Origin: an uncultured archaeon
GTDB taxonomy: Archaea; Asgardarchaeota; Thorarchaeia; Thorarchaeales; Thorarchaeaceae
DNA: 32,000 nt
Direction: 5' to 3'
Assembly (NCBI GenBank): GCA_964354495.1
Contig: CAYHAA010000005.1
Coordinates: forward strand, 60,001 to 92,000
Shown: positions 16,711-25,457 of the stretch, piece after piece
How positions within the stretch are numbered: the stretch's first letter is position 1
How the letters are laid out: each line of letters opens with the position of its first letter
Notes under the pieces: generated by a model
Database searches by the model: none
Told to the model about the DNA's origin: nothing
What the model saw: the letters and a program-made list of their open reading frames with translations, nothing else
Position numbers and translations under genes: made by a program

Positions 16711-18290
16711 TTGTGTTTCTTCTCTCCTTTCACGTAGTGGCTGGGATCTGAGACCCCATTGGGGTCAAAGGCAGCCTTGATTTTTCTCAACCAATCAGGA
16801 TAGTTCATCGTACGTTTTGCGTAGAACTCATGCACTTTGTCACCTACGATAAAGAAGGGCATGCCAAGTGCTTGGTCAAGATCCATTTGATTACATTCGT
16901 CTTGGTATGCTGCATAGCCAAGGCATGACTTCGCGGATGTGGGATCATACACAGTTGGGGTCTCCATATGTGCCATGTGTCCAGACTCATAGCTCGTAAT
17001 CCAGATACCAAGTCCTCGATCATCGCCAATGACGCCCTTCTCAATATACTTCTGTTTCACTGGTTGATTCAGATGAGCGAGCCGCACAGCCATGGCGATA
17101 GTGTCCATCCCGCCATGAGTGCTTTGGAAGCAGTTAGAGAAGCGAAATGCATGCTGGCCTAACATGTTCCTTACTGTTTCGCCATAGTGCATGGGTCTTG
17201 GGGTTATCACACCCTCTTCAATCAGGTCGTCTCCACGATACTTCTCTAGGATGAGTTTGACGAGCTTCTTCCGAAACTCGAATTCTCGTTCCGTGTGCGC
17301 AGCTACTAGGAGGACGATGTAGTTCCTCGTCCGTGCTAAGAGGCCTGCAAAGATGGCTTCGATTGCCTCTGTCTTCGTATTTGTGAAGAGAGCCGCAAGA
17401 CCCTCTGGTGCAGATGAAGTAGCGACCATGCATACCTCCCGGTCATTCAATTCATACATAGCTGCTTGGTACTCGCTCCACTCTTCAAAATTGAGAACGT
17501 ATAATCTCCAGTAGGGAGGAACCTTCCATTCGTAGTTTGGAATTGTGCCGCTTGTCTCCCATTTCCAATCTTTCGGTGCGGGCCATGAGAACAGCCTGAT
17601 TGCAGCCTTTGTGAACACGCCAAGCCCTCCGTAGGTTCCAAGCCAACCTCTCATGATGCCTCTCAGACTGAATCCAGGACCATCGCCCGTAAACCATTTG
17701 CCGTTGTAGTCGAAGGACCCAAGCCTGAGTATATCCCCGGTTGGAAGAACCCATTCAACACCAAGAACATTCCTCCCGCTAAAGCCGGTGTAGGGGGAAG
17801 TAAAGCCCGGACCGACAAAAGAGGTATGACTGGCGAGGGGAGATGTCTGCGGACCTGCGCCTTGTGCGTGATGCATGACACCATACTTGAGGAGCTCACT
17901 CTGGAGTTGTGCGTTCGTGACGTAGGGCTCAATCACAGCATACATGTTCCTCTCATCAACTTCAAGGATGCGATTCATTCTTCTCATGTCTATCTGAATT
18001 GACCTAGGAATACTGAGTCCTGCCCAAGGGCCCATACCAGTTGTCAGCGCCTTGAAGCCAACATTGTGCTTATTGCACAATCTCACAATCGCTTGCACCT
18101 CTTCTGTGGATGCAGGAAGAAGTACTGCCAAAGGACGGACTCCGAATCTCTGTGGCTCTTCTCCTCGCTGAGCACTCTCAATCTCATTGCACCATTGGAA
18201 ACCATAGGTATCCATCACTGCGGGATCCTGTGAGATATATCTCGCTCCTACAACTCTCTTAAGGGCGTCATAGACGTTCTTTTCCAACAT
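16707..18290 (-). CDS. FAD-binding oxidoreductase (FAD_binding_4, GlcD/VAO-PCMH superfamily)
   Basis: Contains VLLPASTEEVQAIVRLCN, IDMRRMNRILEVD, AVIEPYVT, VEWVLPTGDILRLGS, GGLGVFTKA and IKAAFDPNG. GGAGGTGA RBS upstream. Confidence 0.85.
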   Translation of the reverse strand: MLEKNVYDALKRVVGARYISQDPAVMDTYGFQWCNEIESAQRGEEPQRFGVRPLAVLLPASTEEVQAIVRLCNKHNVGFKALTTGMGPWAGLSIPRSIQIDMRRMNRILEVDERNMYAVIEPYVTNAQLQSELLKYGVMHHAQGAGPQTSPLASHTSFVGPGFTSPYTGFSGRNVLGVEWVLPTGDILRLGSFDYNGKWFTGDGPGFSLRGIMRGWLGTYGGLGVFTKAAIRLFSWPAPKDWKWETSGTIPNYEWKVPPYWRLYVLNFEEWSEYQAAMYELNDREVCMVATSSAPEGLAALFTNTKTEAIEAIFAGLLARTRNYIVLLVAAHTEREFEFRKKLVKLILEKYRGDDLIEEGVITPRPMHYGETVRNMLGQHAFRFSNCFQSTHGGMDTIAMAVRLAHLNQPVKQKYIEKGVIGDDRGLGIWITSYESGHMAHMETPTVYDPTSAKSCLGYAAYQDECNQMDLDQALGMPFFIVGDKVHEFYAKRTMNYPDWLRKIKAAFDPNGVSDPSHYVKGEKKHK

Positions 18291-19565
18291 CTACTGCTCA
18301 CCTCCAATACTTCGTAGTACAAGTTCAGTCAGGTCAAAGTATTGCATTGACGAGTTGCGAGATTTCAGACTGTCTCGGAAGTTCGTGCCGCAAAACGGAC
18401 ATGCTGAAACCAAGGCGTCAGCTCCGGTAGACTCTGCCTCTTCCACGCGTTCATTTGCCGTGGCTTGTGCAAAATCAGGATAAGCAGATTTGCACCCACC
18501 GCCTGCACCGCAGCAGTAGGAATACTCGCGGATTCGATCCATCTCCACAAGCTCAACGCCTGGTATCTGCCTCAGCACGTTGCGAGGGGCGTCATAGACT
18601 CCTTTGGCACCGCGACGTTCAGGTTTTGGTGGGTCATAGATGTATACGAGAGTAAGCACCTCTATCTTTTCGCCCTCCCACTTCTCGTAGGGCTCAGCCA
18701 TTCTGCCAAGATGACATGGATCATGATAGGTGACCTTCATAGGCACATCTTTCGTGAGTTTGAGCCTACCATCCTTGAGAAGGGACTCGATTAGTTGAGA
18801 GGTGTGAACAACTTCGATGTCATGCTCTACAAATCGAGGGTACTCTATCTTGAACATGTTGTAGCAGCCAGAGCAGCTCGTGATGATTCGCTTTATTCCG
18901 GCACGCTTGAAGCTCTCGATATTCTCCTCCATTATTCTAATGGCCCGTTTCTCATCACCGACTCTATACACGGGCGAGCCGCAGCATTGTTCATCTGAAC
19001 CCATGATACGAAATCCTTCTCCTGCGGCGTCCAGGATCTTGGCAGTAGCAACAGCAATCTCCTCTCGTCGGTAAGCAGCGGTGCAACCGACAAAATACAG
19101 AGTATCAGATGACTCATCCGACTTGATATCCTTTGTGAGCCATAGAGGTCTGTTCTGAGGCTCCTCTCCATAGGGATTCTTCTTTCGTTCAATGAGCTTG
19201 ATGTATTTCTTGTGCTTTGGCATGGGACCGGCTCCAGCCTCAACAGCAGCCACACGAAGGGCATGAATTGCCTCGTTGGGCTCGAGGTCGTAGACCCACT
19301 TGCACGACACCTCACAGCCTCCGCAGTTCGTACACCTGTAAAGGACATCCAGCATCTCCGGTGTGAGTTCGACGCGACCCTTATGGTACGCGTTCGCCAT
19401 GATCATCCGACCCCCACCAGAGTATGCATGGAAGTCATAGAAGTCAATTGACGGGCAGATGCTTGAGAACCGCTTACTCCGGATTGCGAGCTGTGGGATG
19501 AACTTGCACATTGAGCACCGCACGCAGCTGTCCATCATGTCTTCATAGTCGCTGAGAGTCATCAT
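18291..19565 (-). CDS. Fe-S/CCG-domain oxidoreductase subunit (GlcF/HdrD-like)
   Basis: Contains CVRCSMC...CP and CTNCGGCEVSC, plus two CCG domains (FVGC, QCCGSP, TSCSGC; YHDPCHLGR, CCGAGGG, SACPFC). Confidence 0.9.
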   Translation of the reverse strand: MMTLSDYEDMMDSCVRCSMCKFIPQLAIRSKRFSSICPSIDFYDFHAYSGGGRMIMANAYHKGRVELTPEMLDVLYRCTNCGGCEVSCKWVYDLEPNEAIHALRVAAVEAGAGPMPKHKKYIKLIERKKNPYGEEPQNRPLWLTKDIKSDESSDTLYFVGCTAAYRREEIAVATAKILDAAGEGFRIMGSDEQCCGSPVYRVGDEKRAIRIMEENIESFKRAGIKRIITSCSGCYNMFKIEYPRFVEHDIEVVHTSQLIESLLKDGRLKLTKDVPMKVTYHDPCHLGRMAEPYEKWEGEKIEVLTLVYIYDPPKPERRGAKGVYDAPRNVLRQIPGVELVEMDRIREYSYCCGAGGGCKSAYPDFAQATANERVEEAESTGADALVSACPFCGTNFRDSLKSRNSSMQYFDLTELVLRSIGGEQ

Positions 19566-21004
19566 GGTGCCTCCTTGAAGCAGAGAGCCCCCGGATTCAA
19601 GATGTGATTGGGGTCGAAGATAGATTTCACCTGTCGCATGGCTCTTACAGTGCCAGGAGCAGCACGCTCATACACTGCGTCTGTGATTGCCCCGTATGGT
19701 CTACTGAAGTAGGCTCCTTCAAAGAGGAACTTCTGCTGACCTTTCGTTGATAGCAGCATCATCTTCTCTACTGCACCTTCATCCCTGTGGTTGTAGTACA
19801 AATCAAAGCCACAATGGACATTGGTTCCTTGCACAATGGGCTGAATATGCACGCCGATTTGGTCGAGAGGAAATCCAACCTCCCCTGCTACATTCATGAA
19901 CGATTCATAGAACTCTTGGCACCTATCCAGAGTGGTTGTGAAGAATATCTCCTGGCACTGACCCTTTGGCTGCAATTTCCAATAGATAGCATCACTTGGT
20001 CGGCCCAAGAGGGACTGAACACTGGTTCCTTTGATACCACTAAGAGCATCATCAAGTTCCACGCCGGTTTCCTTCGCGATGTCTACAATATCTGCCGTCC
20101 GATACTGCAATTCTTCCTCCGCAATCATTCCATGTCCAGTTATGCCAAGAACAAGAATCCAGCCGGACAGGGGCTTGGTGGTTCCTAGGGCAGCACCGAG
20201 ATTGACTCCGTTCAGCATAAAGTGCTCATCTGCCAGTCTTCGTCGCAGTATCGCGTAGTTGAAGTCCAGAAAATCGTTCAAATCGTCTGCTCCAGCGAGA
20301 TAGATGCGGTGGACGTCAGGAAGGACTTCACACTTCATAGAGATCCATGTCACGATGCCAATGGTGCCCTGTGAGCCCTGAACGATCCTGAACGGATCAA
20401 ACTGCGATGGTCCCTGTGGATTCTTCTGTGCCTGTCCAGATGCCCATTGCTCTTCCAGACTGCCAGGTCCTGCAGCAGCGCCAGTTCGCAGGACATCTCC
20501 CGTGCCAAAAACCGTTTCAGTGCACAGGAGCGGATCTGAAGAGTCCCAATGAAATCTTGGCATTGTGGTTGGCTCTCTGTCAAGGCATGATGAGAGAACG
20601 GATTTTGAAGCCTCAGGGAGAAATGGCATAGAAGACCTGAGTCCGTTCTTCTTGAGCACATCAATAAGCTGACCATATGTCACTCCAGGCCCGATCATCA
20701 CCACCTTGTTCTGAGGATCAACACGGAGAATCTTGTTCATCCTGCTGAGATTCACTATGATGGCGTTAGAAACCCGAGGCGATAAGGCATCTCTTAGTCT
20801 AGGTCCTCCAGAGCTAATAGGCAGAAGGGGAACTCTGTTCCTGTTTGCCCATCGCACAATTTTGGCTACATCATCCGTTACCCTTGGCCATACGACGAGT
20901 GAGGGTACGCATTCTCCAGAGTACTCCACGAGTGTATCTTCGTCATCAGAAACATTGTCAGGACCGACGATCTTGGTCATTGCAGATTTCATGCCCTTTG
21001 TCAT
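19562..21004 (-). CDS. FAD-binding oxidoreductase (FAD_binding_4, GlcD/VAO-PCMH superfamily)
   Basis: Contains VVWPRVTDDVAKIV, VNLSRMNKIL, GPGVTYGQL, GTGDVLRTG, GTIGIVTW and VKSIFDPNHILNPG. Confidence 0.85.
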   Translation of the reverse strand: MTKGMKSAMTKIVGPDNVSDDEDTLVEYSGECVPSLVVWPRVTDDVAKIVRWANRNRVPLLPISSGGPRLRDALSPRVSNAIIVNLSRMNKILRVDPQNKVVMIGPGVTYGQLIDVLKKNGLRSSMPFLPEASKSVLSSCLDREPTTMPRFHWDSSDPLLCTETVFGTGDVLRTGAAAGPGSLEEQWASGQAQKNPQGPSQFDPFRIVQGSQGTIGIVTWISMKCEVLPDVHRIYLAGADDLNDFLDFNYAILRRRLADEHFMLNGVNLGAALGTTKPLSGWILVLGITGHGMIAEEELQYRTADIVDIAKETGVELDDALSGIKGTSVQSLLGRPSDAIYWKLQPKGQCQEIFFTTTLDRCQEFYESFMNVAGEVGFPLDQIGVHIQPIVQGTNVHCGFDLYYNHRDEGAVEKMMLLSTKGQQKFLFEGAYFSRPYGAITDAVYERAAPGTVRAMRQVKSIFDPNHILNPGALCFKEAP

Positions 21005-21026
21005 ATCGCATCAACCGCCTGTTTCA

Positions 21027-21296
21027 TCAACCTCGTTCGCAGACAATTCCCGTACCGCCCGGGGGATATCTGAAATCTATAGCCCCAGATTCGCATACTT
21101 GGTAGCAGGCGCCACACTCAACACACTGTGAAGCATAGTCGTCGACTAAGTGGACAGTCTTGCCGCGCTTTTTCCAAAGGTTCATCACACATATGACTAA
21201 GCAACGCCCGCACAGTGTGCACTTCTTGTTATCCAGAGTGATGAAATTCCCCGTGCCTGGCGTTCTCGGTATCAGACTCTTGTGGTCTATATTCAA
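21027..21296 (-). CDS. FixX-like ferredoxin
   Basis: 89 aa with CTLCGRCLVIC, CVECGACYQVC and a C-terminal YPPGGTGI. The TTG start overlaps the TGA of the FixC-like gene. Confidence 0.85.
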   Translation of the reverse strand: MNIDHKSLIPRTPGTGNFITLDNKKCTLCGRCLVICVMNLWKKRGKTVHLVDDYASQCVECGACYQVCESGAIDFRYPPGGTGIVCERG

Positions 21297-22705
21297 TTCT
21301 TTCTCTCCTCCTTGTCACTCTCCATGAAAGCAAGTGCCATGGCTTCTTCAACCTCAGGCATCGTTGCTATGAGCTTTCCAGGATCAGTAAGGAGAGTCAT
21401 CTTCTCCTCTCCTAGGATTGCTGTCAACAGCGGAATGACTTCTTTCATAATGAAAGGAATCGCTTGAGGGAGATATCGCTTCATCCTCCTTGCTATCTGT
21501 CGTACTCGTACAGCATGAGGTTCAGACCAGTCAATGATTCCCCCGATCAGCTCCATTAGCATAGGCACAAACCATGACATAGTAGCATGTGGGCTGAATG
21601 GAAGGGCTCTCCAAATGCTTGCCAGTTCAGGACCTGTCTTGAACTCCTCGCCAACTGAAGTTGCTGTCCACTTCTTGTCGTATAGATCCAAGAATTCCTT
21701 TGAGGTGTCGCCCGCAGATAGCGCCTCAGCAGCGGTCTCTATTGCTGCCCTACCTGTGACCATGGCTGGATAGATGCCTTCAGCCTCTAGGGGACATGGA
21801 AACCCTCCAGCATCGCCAATCAGCATCACATTGTCATCATGCGTATCGTGAGGATTACCTTGCCACGGGAGCAGATGTGCATGGAACTCTCGTGGCTTTG
21901 CTTCGAGGATTCGGGCCAGTCGCTGGAAATACTTCAAGTTCACAACTTGGTTCAGGTAGTACATGGGATTCTTGTCCCACCAAGTCATCCAGTTACCTAG
22001 ACCTATGTGGAAACCGTCGTGGAAGAATACCTGATAGGACGCAGGAAAAATGGCAGACCACCAGACAGCAAGAGCTTCGTCACCCATGATATCATCAATC
22101 TTTGATGGAGAGCATTGAAAGTCATACTGAGGAACGATTGTGACCTGTTGTTGTTCCCATCGTTGCCTCAAGCCACTCTCTCTGGCAACCATTGAAACAA
22201 CACCATCGGCTCCAATCACAAGACCCCTGTATTTCTCGCCATGCTCATCAATCACACCAATAACTCTATTCCGTTCTTTCAGAAGTCCAGTAACAAGTGT
22301 CGATGTCTTCAACTCAGCGCCCGCAGCAGTTGCAAACTGGGCAATCCAAGGATCAAATTCACTTCGATAGCAGTTCATTGTGATCCAACTTCTTGCGGGC
22401 TCATAGGTCACCGAATCAGTAGGCTTGGTCATGATGTAGCCCGATACATCCCCGTCATTGTTGACAAAGTAGTTTCTAGCCGCTGCCCCAGCGCGCATCG
22501 ATGGGCATTTCTCAGGTGTCAATTCTTTCATGATGTCGAAATCTCGCCACATTCTCGGTCCGAGACCGCATCCTGAGGAGTTCTTTTCTCCGGGCTTTCG
22601 GCCACGCTCGAAGAATATTGTCTTCAGGCCTTTTTCAGCTGATTCTTTTGCGGCGGTAGAACCACCAGGGCCAGCACCGACGATAATCACATCATATTCT
22701 TTCAT
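21293..22705 (-). CDS. FixC-like / geranylgeranyl-reductase-family flavoprotein
   Basis: Contains YDVIIVGAGPGGSTAA, ERGRKPGEKNSSG (FixC-like), RSEFDPWIA, VIGADG and LIGDAGG...EGIYPAMVTG. Adjacent to the FixX-like ferredoxin. Confidence 0.85.
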   Translation of the reverse strand: MKEYDVIIVGAGPGGSTAAKESAEKGLKTIFFERGRKPGEKNSSGCGLGPRMWRDFDIMKELTPEKCPSMRAGAAARNYFVNNDGDVSGYIMTKPTDSVTYEPARSWITMNCYRSEFDPWIAQFATAAGAELKTSTLVTGLLKERNRVIGVIDEHGEKYRGLVIGADGVVSMVARESGLRQRWEQQQVTIVPQYDFQCSPSKIDDIMGDEALAVWWSAIFPASYQVFFHDGFHIGLGNWMTWWDKNPMYYLNQVVNLKYFQRLARILEAKPREFHAHLLPWQGNPHDTHDDNVMLIGDAGGFPCPLEAEGIYPAMVTGRAAIETAAEALSAGDTSKEFLDLYDKKWTATSVGEEFKTGPELASIWRALPFSPHATMSWFVPMLMELIGGIIDWSEPHAVRVRQIARRMKRYLPQAIPFIMKEVIPLLTAILGEEKMTLLTDPGKLIATMPEVEEAMALAFMESDKEERKN

Positions 22706-23256
22706 TAAGGCACCTCAGTATCTAGATTTCTCAAATAACTGTCCACGAGTTTCAGCTTCTTTTTGAGTGTCTGCCTACGCTGCTCAAGAAACGTGCGTTT
22801 AAGAGGGGTATCAGACAGTCTGGCGATGGCTTCAAGGATGGGGCTTTCGGGTATTATTTCATCAATTCCAAAAGCGTGTATCTTGCTGAAGACATCCTGC
22901 GTGAAGTCTGCCGGCAAGCTCTTCACTGTTGACTCAATGAATTGTGAGTTGAACATGAGATACTCTGCAACATAATTGCTCATCTCATCTACCATATACC
23001 GTCCTTGTCTTGTAAGACTGTAGTGAGTCTTTTCGTTTAGTAGGTCGGACGCAATGAATCCTTTCTTCTCAAGCGACTGCAGAGCCGGATATATTGTCCC
23101 AGTCTTGGGCTCCCAGCATCCCTTGAATCCGCCTCTCAGGTCAGTAAGGATTTCGTATCCATACTTGGGAAACTCAAGAAGCTGAATCATGATCAGTAGT
23201 TGAATTGGAGTGAGCTTTGCAGGAGTTGGAAGGAACAACTTGATCTGTTTGTTCAT
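22705..23256 (-). CDS. PadR family transcriptional regulator
   Basis: Contains PKYGYEIL...WEPKTGTIYPALQSLEKKGFI...YSLTRQG. The ATG at 23256 follows GGTG (the ORF is open to 23313). TAATG overlap with the FixC-like gene. Confidence 0.9.
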   Translation of the reverse strand: MNKQIKLFLPTPAKLTPIQLLIMIQLLEFPKYGYEILTDLRGGFKGCWEPKTGTIYPALQSLEKKGFIASDLLNEKTHYSLTRQGRYMVDEMSNYVAEYLMFNSQFIESTVKSLPADFTQDVFSKIHAFGIDEIIPESPILEAIARLSDTPLKRTFLEQRRQTLKKKLKLVDSYLRNLDTEVP

Positions 23257-23263
23257 CTTCGCA

Positions 23264-23307
23264 CCAACTAGGTAGATTTCTACGCAGTTGGATTCTACTG
23301 CTTTATA
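23264..23307 (-). promoter_or_regulatory. Candidate promoter (TATAAA at 23307-23302) with a downstream 28-bp palindromic operator (23264-23291)
   Basis: CCAACT-ag-GTAGA-tt-TCTAC-gc-AGTTGG has 11 of 13 symmetric pairs matching. It is centred about 25 bp downstream of the TATA box, where the start site would be expected. Confidence 0.6.
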
Positions 23308-23482
23308 TTTCAAACGATTAGCAACTTTGCAACAACGGCAGTAAGTGAATTATAGGGGCGAAATTCGTCTTACTGGTAGCTCATCCTCGACTTGTTCGCA
23401 GGTTCATCTCCAGGATTCCGAGTCAGATTACGCTGAAAACGACGATTCTCTCGCTCTATTCCCCTTTCGGAAACGATGAAAA

Positions 23483-23905
23483 TCAGTGAGCTGTACTTCT
23501 TGCTACTATCGTCAGAATCAGACCTAAGGCCCAGGTCGTATGCATGAGGAACCATGTCAGGACAGCAAGTCCACCCCACCCATATGTCAGGAGTACCCAA
23601 AGAATCACCAGTATTAGACTGATTAGTCCGAATCCCGCTGCAACAGCAATTATGAATTTGCCGAGTCGAATATGTGAAGTGGTCAGCAGATAGCCACCGA
23701 TTATTACAGCTAGTCCGCCTAGCCACGCTATGATCCAAAGAAAGAACAAGACAAGATCAATGATAAGATAGAATGGAGCCAGCGCAACCAGAGAATGTAG
23801 GAATAGATAGATCAGCACGATTGTGCTGACACCACCTGCATAGCTCGTACCAAGTAGTAACAGACCACCGATGATACAGAGTGCAAACTGTGTTTGATTT
23901 CGCAT
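23483..23905 (-). CDS. Gly-rich membrane protein with about 4 TM helices, function unknown
   Basis: 140 aa, almost entirely hydrophobic. GAGGAAG lies upstream of the ATG. Confidence 0.75.
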   Translation of the reverse strand: MRNQTQFALCIIGGLLLLGTSYAGGVSTIVLIYLFLHSLVALAPFYLIIDLVLFFLWIIAWLGGLAVIIGGYLLTTSHIRLGKFIIAVAAGFGLISLILVILWVLLTYGWGGLAVLTWFLMHTTWALGLILTIVARSTAH

Positions 23906-24138
23906 TTCTCTTCCTCACTCAATATTGCGTCATGTTGCTTTTCCACCATATTGCTTTTTCTAGAGAAGAACGATGATTGACGGATGCCAGTAGCGGCTCA
24001 TACATAGGTACCGGGGTATGTTAGTCAACCGATGACAATCATGCTATGGGGCGCGCTAGGGACGTAACCGCTCGATAGTCTATATACTAAACAAGATACC
24101 TAAATATGAGCTGCACTACAACGATTTGAGAGAGGCAT

Positions 24139-25413
24139 ATGAGTCTAGTTGCTGGTCTGCTGGTTCTGGCAGTCTTCGTCGTCACGTTGCTCCTAATAAT
24201 GAGTGAACGTGCGAACGACACAGCAACAGCGCTAATGGCTTTCGGAGTTTCCGCTTTAATCGTCCTTTTCTTAGATGGTATTCCATTTAATGCATATTTG
24301 TTGGAGATGGGATGGGACGTCATACTTTTCGTTGCAGCCATGATGATTATTGTATCCGTGGTAGGATCCTCAGGATTCTTTCAATATATTGCAATCATCT
24401 TGGCATTACGAACATTTGGGAATCCCAAAAAAATCTTCTACTACTTCATGGCTCTTGTCTTTGTCATATCTCTATTGTTCGATCCACTACCTACAATGTT
24501 GATAGTCAGCGCCTTCACTGTGGAAGTCTGTAACGCCATCGATGTCGATTTCAGACCATATCTAATGACGGAAGCCGTAATCGCTGGATTAGCATCATTC
24601 CCCACGCCAATCGGGTCCGTTACGAACCTGGTCATTGTCTATATTGCGCAGGTCGATGTTGGGCTCATGTTTATTGTGATGTTACCACTATCGGTCATCC
24701 TGTTCCTTGTTACCATGCAATACATGATGAAGAGGTACAGAGCGGTAATTGAAGACCGACAGGAGCGAGACATGACGGAGCTCTTCGCCATAGACCCAAA
24801 CGTGGCAATCCGTTCGAAGCAGGATTTTATCGTTTCTTCAATTGGTTTGCTCGTGTTGGTCCTCGGCCTCATTCTGTTGCCTGAGCACACCGCAATGCTA
24901 GCACTTGTCGTGGCCGGAGCTCTCCTCATCCTATCAAGGGATAGAGCCAAGGAGTTGCTCAGACGCCTCTCGTGGGATACTGTGTTCTTCCTAATGGGCA
25001 TGATGGGAGTTGTACAGGGCCTCGTCGTAACCGGCATGATTGCAGGTCTTGGGGCTGGTCTCCAATGGCTTTCAGAAACAAATGTCTTCGTTGCCATTGC
25101 AGTGATGATCTTCGTACCAGGAGGGCTCATGGCGCCTGTGGATGCAAAGCCAGTTGGTATCCTGCTCGCTCCAGCAGCAAAAGACCTTACTGCAATCAAC
25201 CCTATGATCTCTCTCTCACTTATCGCTGGTACCAATGCAGGAGGATATGTCGTGCCCTTCGGAGATGCGCCGAATATGGTTGTAGTATCGATATGTGAGA
25301 AGAACCTAAGACCATTGAGCTGGTCAGATTTCAACCGTGCTGTGATACCGCTTGGCTTGCTGCACCTGGTCATTTGCTCCATCTATTTCGGACTTCTTGC
25401 TCTTCTGTTCTAG
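24139..25413 (+). CDS. ArsB/NhaD/SLC13-superfamily ion transporter (permease)
   Basis: 424 aa with about 11-12 TM helices and the motifs WDVILF..AMMII, TPIGSVTNL, SWDTVFFLMGM and GTNAGG...PFGDAPNMV. Confidence 0.8.
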   Translation: MSLVAGLLVLAVFVVTLLLIMSERANDTATALMAFGVSALIVLFLDGIPFNAYLLEMGWDVILFVAAMMIIVSVVGSSGFFQYIAIILALRTFGNPKKIFYYFMALVFVISLLFDPLPTMLIVSAFTVEVCNAIDVDFRPYLMTEAVIAGLASFPTPIGSVTNLVIVYIAQVDVGLMFIVMLPLSVILFLVTMQYMMKRYRAVIEDRQERDMTELFAIDPNVAIRSKQDFIVSSIGLLVLVLGLILLPEHTAMLALVVAGALLILSRDRAKELLRRLSWDTVFFLMGMMGVVQGLVVTGMIAGLGAGLQWLSETNVFVAIAVMIFVPGGLMAPVDAKPVGILLAPAAKDLTAINPMISLSLIAGTNAGGYVVPFGDAPNMVVVSICEKNLRPLSWSDFNRAVIPLGLLHLVICSIYFGLLALLF

Positions 25414-25457
25414 CAAGACTCCTAGTCGACATGTGGGTGCGAATCATGAAAAGGCAA

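Noticed and set aside
2652-21004. Idea that the GRE makes p-cresol (GCLE as in HPAD) and the FAD pair oxidises it (PCMH-like)
   Set aside because: It rests on one four-residue motif. There is no HpdC-like subunit, and the two operons are more than 10 kb apart and separately regulated.
16707-21004. Alkyl-DHAP synthase (ether-lipid) assignment for the FAD proteins
   Set aside because: The His-rich C-terminal catalytic motif of that family is absent, and the partner is a CCG Fe-S protein.
23973-24072. Possible structured ncRNA or riboswitch upstream of the permease (ATGATTG/CAATCAT, CATAC/GTATG, AGCGG/CCGCT)
   Set aside because: The helices are only 5-7 bp and partly mutually exclusive, with no match to any riboswitch I recognise.
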